This document shows, piece by piece, positions 28,091-36,918 of a stretch of DNA of 64,000 nt. The stretch's first letter is position 1. Every line of letters begins with the position of its first letter. This DNA is from a virus: IMG/VR virus record IMGVR_UViG_3300037427_004270. The stretch is one strand, 5' to 3'. The position numbers and the translations under genes are program-made. The notes below the pieces were generated by a model. The model made no database searches. It was not told the origin of the DNA and was given only the letters and a program-made list of their open reading frames with translations.

Positions 28091-28229
28091 ACTGGCTCCA
28101 CTCTTCGTTGAATACCCATCGTCTTACGCCCGTCTTGTTGCTCATCATAAGTGCATGGTCAAAGTACAAGTCCAATACGAGCCACGATGTCTCATCCATT
28201 CTTCTTATTAGTAAGTCACCTATTTTCAT
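28080..28229 (-). CDS. SH3/KOW-like protein (49 aa)
   Basis: Manual translation MKIGDLLIRRMDETSWLVLDL...; AAGGAG RBS; not in ORF track. Confidence 0.6.
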   Translation of the reverse strand: MKIGDLLIRRMDETSWLVLDLYFDHALMMSNKTGVRRWVFNEEWSQYDK

Positions 28230-28288
28230 GCTGTCTCCTTAATTCTCAAAAATTGGGCCGTGTGTTACGAACGCCCTTAGCTTGCTTT

Positions 28289-28360
28289 ATACCCCCCTAG
28301 TAGGTAGTAGTACCCACTCTCCGGGTACCCCCCCGGTGGGGGGTAGGGGTAGGGGGGTGT
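28289..28360. repeat. G/C-rich nested palindrome with G-quadruplex-like runs
   Basis: ATACCCCCCTA/TAGGGGGGTGT outer stem; GTACCC/GGGTAC and TACCCCCC/GGGGGGTA inner stems; G6-G4-G6 runs. Confidence 0.85.
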
Positions 28361-28368
28361 GCCCTTGC

Positions 28369-28647
28369 TTAGAACACCTCGTCACGCTTGCCCATTTGAT
28401 ATGTCAATGGCCTAAACCAATGGCGACCCTTGCATAGGTTAGGGTGCTGCCTCCTGCATGCATCAAGTGGCTTCTCCTTGGTATCTTCTAAGTGTACCTT
28501 AACATGCACCGCTTGTGTCATGTCAGGATACACGCTGCCATACTTAGTGTTATACTTATACGGCGCAAGGATAGCAGTGAACTCACACAGCATTGCCTTG
28601 ATCGCACCGCGCTTTAACTTCTTACTCTTTGTACTTTTTCTAGCCAT
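28369..28647 (-). CDS. hypothetical basic protein
   Basis: 92 aa, AGGAG RBS, promoter upstream. Confidence 0.65.
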   Translation of the reverse strand: MARKSTKSKKLKRGAIKAMLCEFTAILAPYKYNTKYGSVYPDMTQAVHVKVHLEDTKEKPLDACRRQHPNLCKGRHWFRPLTYQMGKRDEVF

Positions 28648-28677
28648 GTGATCTCCTAAATGAAATACTTACCTACT

Positions 28678-28706
28678 ATTATACCAAGAATGAACCAGCA
28701 TGTCAA
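28678..28706 (-). promoter_or_regulatory. sigma70-type promoter
   Basis: TTGACA-17 bp-TATAAT. Confidence 0.85.
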
Positions 28707-28783
28707 GTCTGCTAGGTGTGCTACTAATAGTTTTCTGTTATGTCTCTCGCATACTTTGAGCCACTGATATGTATGATCGTTCA

Positions 28784-29221
28784 TTATGCTTGCTCCCTTA
28801 CATATGTCATCACCCATCGTGATGCATAGTTGTTATATTCTTCTTTGTTTATGTTTATTTTTAATCTACCCGCCAACTTTAGTCCACGCTTCCATGCGTC
28901 TAGCTCCTCCGCGATAACTTCACATCGGTATGCATTGCGGCGCTTGTTGACCTTGCTATCCTTGAAGCGATAGGCAGCGAGGGTAGGGAAACTTTCCTTG
29001 TAACCTTTGCTGTTGTACGCAATCGCATGACCACATTCGTGAAGCAGGGAATAGACTTGGTTCTTCTTGCTCTTGATCTTAGAGTTATAGACAATATGTT
29101 TCTCCTCATGTAGATAGGCATCAATGCCATAGCTCTTGTATACCTCGAAGCCACGTCTATGTGCCCATGCTTCCAGTTTAGCTAATGCTGTAGTATATTC
29201 TTTCTTGTTCATACTTAACAA
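28784..29221 (-). CDS. zincin-like (ImmA/IrrE-like) metallopeptidase
   Basis: SLLHECGHAI (HExxH) and EELDAWKRG. Confidence 0.7.
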   Translation of the reverse strand: MLSMNKKEYTTALAKLEAWAHRRGFEVYKSYGIDAYLHEEKHIVYNSKIKSKKNQVYSLLHECGHAIAYNSKGYKESFPTLAAYRFKDSKVNKRRNAYRCEVIAEELDAWKRGLKLAGRLKININKEEYNNYASRWVMTYVREQA

Positions 29222-29245
29222 ATACCTTCTTTTATGTTATAATTA

Positions 29246-29467
29246 TTATAGTTTTGTTCCCGGCAAAACAGGTTGCTCAGTCTCAGCATCGTATATGATC
29301 ACGGGGAGGTCTTGTGATCGAAGCTTGAGCTGAAGTGCTTGCCTAGCATCTTCCAATTCACTGAAGATGGCTACTGTAGTGTGCCCAAAGTGTGGGCTGA
29401 TGGTCCTTAACTCATAGCGAGAGAAGGTTACGTTAGGATGTTTTTGTGAATATAGTTTGTTAGTCAT
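29246..29467 (-). CDS. hypothetical protein
   Basis: 73 aa, GGAG RBS. Confidence 0.6.
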   Translation of the reverse strand: MTNKLYSQKHPNVTFSRYELRTISPHFGHTTVAIFSELEDARQALQLKLRSQDLPVIIYDAETEQPVLPGTKL

Positions 29468-29468
29468 G

Positions 29469-29792
29469 TTATCGTTCTCCCGCCACAGTATTCATGCGGC
29501 TTTCAGGTGCTAAAAAGGTTTGCCATTCACGGCCATGAAGCTCGGACAGGTCCATAGGCGCACCACGATCATCATAGCGGTTACACATACGCTTGAAGGC
29601 GTTGATGTGCTTGCTTGTGGTTGTGGAATATCTTTCTGCGGTTTCGTGTACGGTTGCGTCACGGTAGTTGACAACTAACACAGGCACACCATAGGAGAAA
29701 TAAACATCCTTGTCCCAAGTGAGGTCCAGTTCTTCATCTGGAATTTGCACAATAACGCGAGTTTGGTTCTTACCTAAGTTTTCTAATTTCAT
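29469..29792 (-). CDS. conserved phage early protein
   Basis: VYFSYGVPV..YSTTTSKHIN motif, common in phage early regions. Confidence 0.7.
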   Translation of the reverse strand: MKLENLGKNQTRVIVQIPDEELDLTWDKDVYFSYGVPVLVVNYRDATVHETAERYSTTTSKHINAFKRMCNRYDDRGAPMDLSELHGREWQTFLAPESRMNTVAGER

Positions 29793-29794
29793 AT

Positions 29795-29938
29795 TTACTC
29801 CTCTTCATATCCGTCAAACCAGCCATCGCCGGAGGTTGCAGGGTCTTTACAGTGGGCTTGTGCTTGTTCGAGAGTTAAACCTCGCTTGATAACACGGTTA
29901 TTGCCTTTAAAACGAAACCTAATAATCTTATATGTCAT
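29795..29938 (-). CDS. small conserved phage protein (47 aa)
   Basis: MTYKIIRF..GLTLEQAQAHCKDP..WFDGY; GAGG RBS. Confidence 0.7.
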   Translation of the reverse strand: MTYKIIRFRFKGNNRVIKRGLTLEQAQAHCKDPATSGDGWFDGYEEE

Positions 29939-29939
29939 A

Positions 29940-30272
29940 TTATCGCACCTCTTCTTTAACTTCAAGTGAATTGTATTCAGGGCTACGTTCGCGAGTAAAG
30001 AAATAATACTCGTTGTCAAAGCTCCCGAAATACAGGGCATGCTCAGGCTGAGGCTCGCGAGCGTCGGGGTAAGCCTGAGTTTCATTTACCATGCTAGCAA
30101 GATCACCAATGGTGTGCTTTGCCTCATGGTGTGTCCACATAAGGCGAGCAATGGCTAGTTCCATGATCTCGCTCTTGGTCAAACACTTGTTGACCATGTA
30201 TTCGGCCACGGCTTGGCTCACCTTGGTTTGATTGACTTTTGTATTGGGGATAGTGAGGTATTTGTTTTCCAT
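29940..30272 (-). CDS. hypothetical protein
   Basis: 110 aa, AGGA RBS, first gene after promoter. Confidence 0.65.
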   Translation of the reverse strand: MENKYLTIPNTKVNQTKVSQAVAEYMVNKCLTKSEIMELAIARLMWTHHEAKHTIGDLASMVNETQAYPDAREPQPEHALYFGSFDNEYYFFTRERSPEYNSLEVKEEVR

Positions 30273-30311
30273 GCTTATTTCCTTTTCGGTTTCGCTGTTT
30301 AATATGGGTTA

Positions 30312-30339
30312 ATTATACACTTCTGAGCGAGGATTGCAA
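30312..30339 (-). promoter_or_regulatory. sigma70-type promoter
   Basis: TTGCAA-16 bp-TATAAT. Confidence 0.6.
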
Positions 30340-30357
30340 GAACTTTCTTTCCTTATA

Positions 30358-30470
30358 TTCCGGGCACTTACGGATAAAGCGACAATTGAGTGTTTTCGGG
30401 GGGTTGCGCGGGAATGCTGGGACTTACGTGGATCTCCATTGAGGGCAGATCTGCATCGCCATGTCGCACT
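30358..30470. repeat. structured non-coding element, copy 1
   Basis: Blocks TTCCGG..ACTTACG..AAAGCGACAAT...ACTTACGTGGATCT..AGATC..CATCG.CATGTCGCAC shared with 39020-39140. Confidence 0.8.
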
Positions 30471-30610
30471 AGCATTAAAAAGACACCCACAACTAGAGTA
30501 GGTTTAGTCATGGGTGCCTCAAAGATAAGGGGGTTTGATCCTAGCCCCTATCATATGTTGTTAAGGCTCGCCGAGCGTAGGAGGGGAACAGCGACATGCC
30601 TAACTTAAAC

Positions 30611-30639
30611 ATTATATCATGACGACGAGGGTATGTTAA
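30611..30639 (-). promoter_or_regulatory. sigma70-type promoter
   Basis: TTAACA-17 bp-TATAAT. Confidence 0.65.
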
Positions 30640-30812
30640 GTGGTGACGACGTTATTTGTTACTCTTTTTTAACGCAGTGCGTATATACTATGTAACGTGC
30701 GTGTGCTAGATACATGGCATAGTTCACCACCATTTACCACTTTATTCCACAGAATACCACTAAAGTAGCAACCCCTACCACAGGGCATGCAAAGCTATCA
30801 CCCATCTTTTAG

Positions 30813-31001
30813 CTACTCATCATCATCTTCTTTATCGGCATCGAGCTCCGCAGCAAGCATCTCTTTAAAGTGTTTAAGCATAGTCTCAGTACCAACAATG
30901 GGCATGCCTTGTATAGACTCAGTTACCATCTTCTGCTCATAGTCTCTTATCCTATACTCAAGGTATTCTATCTTCTTTTCTTTCTCTTCTCTATTAGTCA
31001 T
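30813..31001 (-). CDS. hypothetical protein
   Basis: 62 aa, overlaps upstream stop. Confidence 0.6.
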   Translation of the reverse strand: MTNREEKEKKIEYLEYRIRDYEQKMVTESIQGMPIVGTETMLKHFKEMLAAELDADKEDDDE

Positions 31002-31248
31002 CTTCTTCTACTTTCTTTAATTTAAACTCTTGTAGACCATAATGCTCAGGGTTACTCAGTATGTCCCTACACTTGTCTTTCCATATAAGCTTCTGTATGT
31101 ATACTTGTACCCATTGCCTATTCTCATAGGAACCTCTTTGGTCTGGTTCTAGACCTAGCTTCCTTCTCTTATCCTCTGGTACTGAGTTGTACCTTGTACT
31201 ATACTCTGCTTCTACTTCTTTTACTATTTCATTCCAGCTTTTTATCAT
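30994..31248 (-). CDS. hypothetical protein
   Basis: 84 aa, AGGAG RBS. Confidence 0.65.
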   Translation of the reverse strand: MIKSWNEIVKEVEAEYSTRYNSVPEDKRRKLGLEPDQRGSYENRQWVQVYIQKLIWKDKCRDILSNPEHYGLQEFKLKKVEEDD

Positions 31249-31259
31249 GATACTTACTC

Positions 31260-31520
31260 CTACCCAAGTATAATGTTGTCTGTGTTCTTCATGTACTTTA
31301 CATGTACTAATTCTATTTTATTATTTACTAATACCCTATAGCATTTATTCTTTATATCCCTCGGGTCATTCCATTCTTCTCCCGCCCATTCTAGGACGAT
31401 GCCCACTGTGCCATGTAGTCGCATCTTGCTGAATACTCCAAGCTCTTCGTACAGGCTGTCTCTTGGTGTGGTATCCCTAATGGAAACCAAGTCACCCTTC
31501 TTAAACGTGTTCTCTTGCAT
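31260..31520 (-). CDS. SH3/KOW-like protein
   Basis: FKKGDLVSIRD..VGIVLEW..YRVLV. Confidence 0.65.
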   Translation of the reverse strand: MQENTFKKGDLVSIRDTTPRDSLYEELGVFSKMRLHGTVGIVLEWAGEEWNDPRDIKNKCYRVLVNNKIELVHVKYMKNTDNIILG

Positions 31521-31532
31521 TGGTGTTCTCTC

Positions 31533-32195
31533 TTATAGGTTTATAAGCTTAAAGTATAAGTTCATTCTTCTTATAAACTGACTATGTTTCTTTGTCCATC
31601 CGCCAAACCTTACACCAACGTGGTCCGGGTCGCAATGAAGGTATCCGTTCTCGGTGCATATGGCGACATGGACGAGCTCGTGGACAAAGCTTGTGTTATG
31701 TAATTTGATGTTCTTTGCCCCTCTCGTTGACACCCATATCCTTGCACCATTTCCCAACGTCAACCCATGCAGTGGAGTCTCCCTCAAGAAACGCCCTTTC
31801 GAGTCGTATACGTTTTGCGCGACAAGCTTCCTTGAGCTAAACTCTATCTCAAGAGAGCGCAAGTCGTCTAAGAGTTGTTGCCTTGTCTCGTCCGTGTGGC
31901 AGAAGCCCTCGTCCACCCAAAAGGAATAGAACAAAGATAGACCCATTGCCAAGTCAAACTTGTCAACAGGGAAGAAGCAAGAGTCTTGCTCTAGCGTTGC
32001 ATTACCGAAGCCAACGATAGTAGACTTGGCTGTCCTGAGACACTTTCTATCATCTTCGAAGGTGTGAATGAAGCCTGTCTTGACATAGTTGCTCCACTCA
32101 CTGTGGTAAAAGCCATACTGGTCTGCTTGCGGCGTGTAGGCCGAGGCAAGGAATAGTATGGTTGCTGCAATGTATGCTTTCATCATCTTCCTCAT
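31533..32195 (-). CDS. secreted zincin-like protein
   Basis: Signal peptide AYIAATILFLASA; FVHELVHVAI (HExxH). Confidence 0.65.
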   Translation of the reverse strand: MRKMMKAYIAATILFLASAYTPQADQYGFYHSEWSNYVKTGFIHTFEDDRKCLRTAKSTIVGFGNATLEQDSCFFPVDKFDLAMGLSLFYSFWVDEGFCHTDETRQQLLDDLRSLEIEFSSRKLVAQNVYDSKGRFLRETPLHGLTLGNGARIWVSTRGAKNIKLHNTSFVHELVHVAICTENGYLHCDPDHVGVRFGGWTKKHSQFIRRMNLYFKLINL

Positions 32196-32410
32196 CTTTC
32201 CATGATGATAAAGGCTAGCATGGCCAAGTAGATAACTGTAAAGATGGCGTCTGTGCTCCTCTTAAACAAATAATATGTATAAAGCTTTAAGCCCGTCAAT
32301 GTTAGCATGGCAAAGATGAATAGTTGCGTGTGCCCTGTGAACAAGGTTAGCAACATAGCAATGATGGCCATGAGTTGTAGGCGGTTTATTAGTGTTTCGT
32401 TTATTTTCAT
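32192..32410 (-). CDS. small membrane protein
   Basis: Three hydrophobic segments; start MKINE. Confidence 0.6.
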   Translation of the reverse strand: MKINETLINRLQLMAIIAMLLTLFTGHTQLFIFAMLTLTGLKLYTYYLFKRSTDAIFTVIYLAMLAFIIMER

Positions 32411-32421
32411 ATGTACTCCTG

Positions 32422-32694
32422 TTACTTTACTGCCCGAAAAACATAGTCGGTTATCCACTTCGAGCAGGTTGGCCCTTCCTTGACAGCTATCTTCAAGAGG
32501 CTACGGTAGTAGCTTTCAAGACTCTCATGATGCCATATGGACTTGCCTGTTCTATTCTTTTCACGCGAACATGAGCGGTGAAACTCTATCTTCTCTTGCA
32601 AGAAGGATATATGTTCCTCGTAACCCTCACGCAATAGGGCTGTTCGCTCATCATATGATAAGGTATCTTCCATTTTATCTTCGCTATCTGACAT
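32422..32694 (-). CDS. hypothetical protein
   Basis: 90 aa, GAGG RBS. Confidence 0.6.
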   Translation of the reverse strand: MSDSEDKMEDTLSYDERTALLREGYEEHISFLQEKIEFHRSCSREKNRTGKSIWHHESLESYYRSLLKIAVKEGPTCSKWITDYVFRAVK

Positions 32695-32833
32695 ATTATG
32701 CCTCTGTTTGGAAAAAATTTGGGGCGAAAAGCTTTTTAGTCTGAGGACAAAAGCTCCCTTGCCTCCAACATAATCTTTTCTGCCGCGATGAGAGCCACGA
32801 CATACCCGGCGAGTGCTGTCTCGATGAGTGCCG

Positions 32834-33136
32834 TTAACATGCCATCATCCTCATTTTATTTTGACGTCTGGCTGCAGCCTCAATAACATTAAGACCGGCA
32901 GAGATAGCTACGTTATCTCCCATCGGGTCGCGCAATTGAGCCTCAAGGCGAGCGTCAATGTAATCGGAGAGAGTGAAGCCAAGGTTTGTGAACATGTATT
33001 TCTCATCCTTCAGGCCTGAATAGTATTTATCGTGGTAGGTAAAATACTCCAAAAGGCTATCCCCTTGTTGTAATAGTTTTAACTTTTTTCTTTCCTGCTG
33101 ACTTTTTACGGGCAGCTTCTTTTTCTTAAAAGGCAT
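32834..33136 (-). CDS. hypothetical protein
   Basis: 100 aa, AGGAG RBS. Confidence 0.6.
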   Translation of the reverse strand: MPFKKKKLPVKSQQERKKLKLLQQGDSLLEYFTYHDKYYSGLKDEKYMFTNLGFTLSDYIDARLEAQLRDPMGDNVAISAGLNVIEAAARRQNKMRMMAC

Positions 33137-33296
33137 TTATACTCCTCTCAGTGTTAATAAAGAACAACAACACCAGTGGCGTGTAATACTGTAATGATGC
33201 CGAAGGCCGTTGCAGCTCCTCGCAAATACCATCGACTCAAGTCTGACAACGTGGCAAATAGCGCCATTGCCACTTTCTTTGTATCAATTTCTACGT

Positions 33297-33524
33297 TCAT
33301 AACTTTGTACCATTCCTTTCGCAAACAAGATCAGTGTCGTGCTTTTTCTCGACAACACTTGTTGACATATAGTTAATTATGCCCTGCAAGGCATTAATTG
33401 AGGTTTTCATCTTCTTTTTGTGGTTATCATCAGCAGTGGTAAAGTGCTCAGAGCCTATTTCTTCGTGCATCTGTTTCAGAATTTCCTTAATCTGATCTTG
33501 ATATTTTATTAATGTCCTAAACAT
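33297..33524 (-). CDS. hypothetical protein
   Basis: Start MFRTL with AGGAG RBS. Confidence 0.55.
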   Translation of the reverse strand: MFRTLIKYQDQIKEILKQMHEEIGSEHFTTADDNHKKKMKTSINALQGIINYMSTSVVEKKHDTDLVCERNGTKL

Positions 33525-33742
33525 TGCTGGCTCTCCTGAGTGGGTCTTGATATTAGTTCTAAGTCTTGGTATGGAACACACTTAACTGTCCCTATCTCGT
33601 CCTCGATGAAGGTGTCTAGCACATACACTAGGACAACTGCCTTGCCTCTCTTCTCCTCAACATCCTTTACTATACCCAATGGAATAGATTTTGGATACTT
33701 CGCATAACCAACAAGATCATTCTTTTCAAATTTATTAAACAT
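33509..33742 (-). CDS. SH3/KOW-like protein
   Basis: FEKNDLVGY..LGIVKDV..VLVYV. Confidence 0.6.
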   Translation of the reverse strand: MFNKFEKNDLVGYAKYPKSIPLGIVKDVEEKRGKAVVLVYVLDTFIEDEIGTVKCVPYQDLELISRPTQESQQCLGH

Positions 33743-33751
33743 ATTCTGTCC

Positions 33752-33780
33752 ATTCTATCACACTTTGGTAACATTGTAAA
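33752..33780 (-). promoter_or_regulatory. sigma70-type promoter
   Basis: TTTACA-17 bp-TAGAAT. Confidence 0.65.
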
Positions 33781-33783
33781 GCA

Positions 33784-33918
33784 TTATTCTTCTCTTACTT
33801 TTTCTCTGCAAATGTTACGGTTCTTTTCTTTCTTCTTGTCCTTGAATATTTGGTTCTTATGATCGTTCAACTTGGGGACAAGAGGGTTTCTTGGTAGTCT
33901 TTCTTTGCTTTTTGTCAT
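33784..33918 (-). CDS. small basic protein (44 aa)
   Basis: Manual translation MTKSKERLPRNPLVPKLNDHKNQIFKDKKKEKNRNICREKVREE; not in ORF track. Confidence 0.6.
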   Translation of the reverse strand: MTKSKERLPRNPLVPKLNDHKNQIFKDKKKEKNRNICREKVREE

Positions 33919-33920
33919 GA

Positions 33921-34256
33921 TCATACCCCGAAAGAACTTCCACAACCACACTTCTTCTTGGCGTTTGGATTTATAAACTGAAAGCCGCTGGCCATAAAGC
34001 TCGTTCCGTAGTCAAGCGTAGTCCCTTCTAGCACCACCGCACTGTAACCATCAACAACAACCTTTAAACCAGATACCTCTGTGATGTGATCGTGATCGAA
34101 ACTCTCGGTGTCTATCTCCAGCTTGTATTGAAGCCCGGAACAGCCGCCGCCCTGAATGGCTGCTCTAAGGAATGAACCTTCTTTGCCCTCTACTTCGATA
34201 GCTTCCTTGGCCTTCTCTATTGCGGCCTCAGTTAATGTCAGTGGGAAATTACTCAC
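33921..34256 (-). CDS. iscA: A-type Fe-S cluster carrier (IscA/HesB family)
   Basis: LTLTEAA, GGGCSGLQY, LDYGTSFMASGFQFINPNAKKKCGCGSSF. Confidence 0.93.
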   Translation of the reverse strand: MSNFPLTLTEAAIEKAKEAIEVEGKEGSFLRAAIQGGGCSGLQYKLEIDTESFDHDHITEVSGLKVVVDGYSAVVLEGTTLDYGTSFMASGFQFINPNAKKKCGCGSSFGV

Positions 34257-34440
34257 GCTCTTTCTTCCTCATTGCTGTTAAAAACAATTCTGCATGTGTT
34301 CGATATTTAAAGTCTGCTATGCTAGAATTATATATGTCTCCTGCAGAATCTGTCAACACTCGGTATACCGTATATCCACCGGGGCCAAATGTTGTGTTGT
34401 ACCCAAAAGTACCTGGCTTGTTTCCAACGTCATATTTCAT
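34249..34440 (-). CDS. hypothetical protein
   Basis: 63 aa, GAGG RBS, overlaps iscA start. Confidence 0.55.
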   Translation of the reverse strand: MKYDVGNKPGTFGYNTTFGPGGYTVYRVLTDSAGDIYNSSIADFKYRTHAELFLTAMRKKERE

Positions 34441-34548
34441 AACAAATACCTCATGGCGAATGCGTCAATATATAAACAAGAAGATTACAACCTGCTATCA
34501 AAAGAGTTATGTATAAAAAGATCGCGGCGTGTCCGTCCATACATATAA

Positions 34549-34866
34549 TTAGTACACTTCTTGGAATTCAAGAGTATCGTCCAAGTCAAGCTCTGGCGGC
34601 TCGTCACCCGGATCGATGGTTGCGTCAGCCGACAGAACCGCTGCACCATACTTCTTTGCTGCAGCAACCTTTGCTGCTCTGACAACTTCATTAACAGCAT
34701 AGTTCCTGTCCACTTCCACAACGATGTTGCAAAACTCGGGAAACCATTCGTCTCCCACGTTGTTCACAACTCCCGTCCTGCTTGCCCAAGTAATGTTTCT
34801 CAGAGTCACAACGTACTCTTTCTCCAGGGGCATATCAAATACATCAATTTTACTTGTCACGATCAT
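34549..34866 (-). CDS. hypothetical acidic protein
   Basis: Start MIVTS with GGAG RBS. Confidence 0.6.
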   Translation of the reverse strand: MIVTSKIDVFDMPLEKEYVVTLRNITWASRTGVVNNVGDEWFPEFCNIVVEVDRNYAVNEVVRAAKVAAAKKYGAAVLSADATIDPGDEPPELDLDDTLEFQEVY

Positions 34867-34980
34867 ACTCCATAGTTTTGCAAATACAAATATAAAACAA
34901 CATTCCAACTATTATCCATTCCATACTAAACCTCTATTCCGTATAACATCAATATAAAATAATAAATGAACACCAAGAAC

Positions 34981-35328
34981 TCATACATCCTTCGATTCTC
35001 CACCTTCTTCTGCGACAGGCTCAACCTCGGTGATGTAAGACGTCAAGTACTCAGTCATTATCGTCTTTCCTGGTTGCACTTGCCAACACACTCTAACACC
35101 TTCTGGCATCTCTTCGTAACTGTCTCCTCCCCAGCCGCCCATTGAAATACCAGTCTTAATAACAATCCCAATCCACTTGTCCGTGTGAGGCCCATACCAA
35201 TATTCCATGTCACTCATGTTCGCCGGGCCAGGGGCACTCTGCCTCTCAGACAGGCTCATCTCGTAAAAGCGGCGCTTGAAGCGAACCAAGTCTCCCACTT
35301 TAGGCTTGTACTCCATCATGAGCCCCAT
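34981..35328 (-). CDS. SH3/KOW-like protein
   Basis: PKVGDLVRFK..IGIVIK..VRVCW. Confidence 0.65.
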   Translation of the reverse strand: MGLMMEYKPKVGDLVRFKRRFYEMSLSERQSAPGPANMSDMEYWYGPHTDKWIGIVIKTGISMGGWGGDSYEEMPEGVRVCWQVQPGKTIMTEYLTSYITEVEPVAEEGGESKDV

Positions 35329-35687
35329 CGGTTCTCATCACTAATAAGCTTCCACCAGTCTGACCTCTTGGTCACACCACGAATGTGCTTATGACGGATA
35401 AAGAACCGTCGGTACATGCCTTTTCGACCCTCGGTAGGGAGGAAGGTGCAGTGGTTCTCAGGAACCAACACTAAGCAGCCCCTTGGGGTTGCTGCAAAGC
35501 TATTGTCGTTAACGACCTCCGCCAAAATATGAGGATCAACCTCCCTCTCACCCGCTTTACGGATGAACTTAGGCTTAGTGCCATGTACGTCTACGAGCTT
35601 AATGCACTCGATAGACGAGCCGTCAGGACGCATATCGCCCATGATCTTTTCTACCATATCTCTAGCTAAGAAGTCTGCTGCTCTCAT
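35316..35687 (-). CDS. hypothetical protein
   Basis: 123 aa, AGGAGG RBS. Confidence 0.65.
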   Translation of the reverse strand: MRAADFLARDMVEKIMGDMRPDGSSIECIKLVDVHGTKPKFIRKAGEREVDPHILAEVVNDNSFAATPRGCLVLVPENHCTFLPTEGRKGMYRRFFIRHKHIRGVTKRSDWWKLISDENRWGS

Positions 35688-35696
35688 AATATCCTC

Positions 35697-35909
35697 CTAT
35701 GACTCAATGGTGGTTTCGTAATAAGCATCATCATCATCTGTGATGCGAATGGTACATTGGGAATGCTCCGATGCTACCTCCCTGGCAAGTGATAGTGCCT
35801 CTTCTTCTGAGGCGATATCCTCTTTCAAAACTTCCCAAGATGGGTCATCAGATAGTCGCCCATTGGTGGATGCCCAAGGGCAATACTTGATACCTACTTT
35901 ATATGCCAT
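35697..35909 (-). CDS. hypothetical acidic protein
   Basis: 70 aa, AAGGAG RBS. Confidence 0.6.
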   Translation of the reverse strand: MAYKVGIKYCPWASTNGRLSDDPSWEVLKEDIASEEEALSLAREVASEHSQCTIRITDDDDAYYETTIES

Positions 35910-35918
35910 GACATCTCC

Positions 35919-36059
35919 TTAAAGAGTCTGTTGTCGCTTGTCGCCTTCGACTCGCTTTTTGATAACCTTTTTGTACGCATATTCCATTATTTTAAAAAAC
36001 TGTTCTTCAGTTACATTTAAAGACTTGCATACTAATTCTAATTCTTCTTGGTCTGTCAT
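35919..36059 (-). CDS. hypothetical protein (46 aa)
   Basis: Manual translation MTDQEELELVCKSLNV...; AGGAG RBS; not in ORF track. Confidence 0.55.
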   Translation of the reverse strand: MTDQEELELVCKSLNVTEEQFFKIMEYAYKKVIKKRVEGDKRQQTL

Positions 36060-36060
36060 T

Positions 36061-36258
36061 TTATTCTCCTGCAGCTACTTCAATGTAGCCCTGATTGATG
36101 AGCATTTCTGCGTGTCTCTGATAGCTTCCCTGTAGTGAGTTCAGGATGTTGAGGTCAACGAGTTCCTGGAAAAGGTCTACGACCTCTCCTTCGTCTAGTC
36201 GCCCTTCTTCATACGCCATGATCTTGTCCACAATGCTATGATATTTTCTCAAGTTCAT
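36061..36258 (-). CDS. conserved small phage early protein
   Basis: AYEEG.LD..EVVDLFQELVD...LQGSYQR motif. Confidence 0.7.
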   Translation of the reverse strand: MNLRKYHSIVDKIMAYEEGRLDEGEVVDLFQELVDLNILNSLQGSYQRHAEMLINQGYIEVAAGE

Positions 36259-36285
36259 TATATCACTTCCCCTTCTTTATGTCAA
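36257..36285 (-). promoter_or_regulatory. sigma70-type promoter
   Basis: TTGACA-17 bp-TATAAT; -10 abuts ATG, so possibly leaderless. Confidence 0.75.
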
Positions 36286-36390
36286 ATTTATTATCTATCC
36301 GGCATTTTCCGTAGTACATGATCCCTATCCAAATAGAGAACAAGATACCATCAGTATACGTCAATTCGTGCCATACGTCAAGGAAATTCA

Positions 36391-36690
36391 TTAGTTGATC
36401 TTCTTTTTGTCAATGGCGAACTCGCCAAAAGCAGTGTATTCATTGCTCCTTTGAGGCAACATTGGGCTTGAAGCCTTTGCCAAGTCTTGGTATACATCGA
36501 ATTCAAACCTCTCATCTCGCATGGGACTGAAGGCTCTCAAGAGGTATTTAATGAAGTCATACTTGAGATCGATATACTCTGACTTCAACTTGTATGCGTC
36601 TTCTGGGCTCATTCTATCTTGTGCTGCGAGCAACTTGTGCTCAAAGCGGTTAAGAGTTTCGTTTAATTCTACTTCCATTTTGTTTTTCAT
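36391..36690 (-). CDS. hypothetical protein
   Basis: 99 aa, AGGAG RBS. Confidence 0.6.
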   Translation of the reverse strand: MKNKMEVELNETLNRFEHKLLAAQDRMSPEDAYKLKSEYIDLKYDFIKYLLRAFSPMRDERFEFDVYQDLAKASSPMLPQRSNEYTAFGEFAIDKKKIN

Positions 36691-36698
36691 ATTATCTC

Positions 36699-36917
36699 CT
36701 ATTGAATTTTGTTTAATTTTCTAACGTCAAACCATGTTTTCATGCTCACCCGATGGGCTCCGCTATCATTAAGCCAAAAGACTTGTGCAACGCGCTCCAC
36801 TTGGTCTGAACTTAGCTCTTTCATCTCGCGCACGATACCCATTAAAGGCGGGTATCCGTACTTCTCCTGCTTTGCTGATAAGCCATCGTGAGTCACTGTA
36901 TCGCCTACTTTGATCAT
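36699..36917 (-). CDS. SH3/KOW-like protein
   Basis: MIKVGDTVTH..MGIVREM..AQVFW; GGGGAG RBS. Confidence 0.65.
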   Translation of the reverse strand: MIKVGDTVTHDGLSAKQEKYGYPPLMGIVREMKELSSDQVERVAQVFWLNDSGAHRVSMKTWFDVRKLNKIQ

Positions 36918-36918
36918 T

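Noticed and set aside
30370-30511. 47-aa ORF through element copy 1 (and a 41-aa ORF through copy 2)
   Set aside because: The two ORFs use different frames across the conserved blocks, so conservation is not at protein level. The copy-1 ORF has a weak GAGG SD and cannot be fully excluded.
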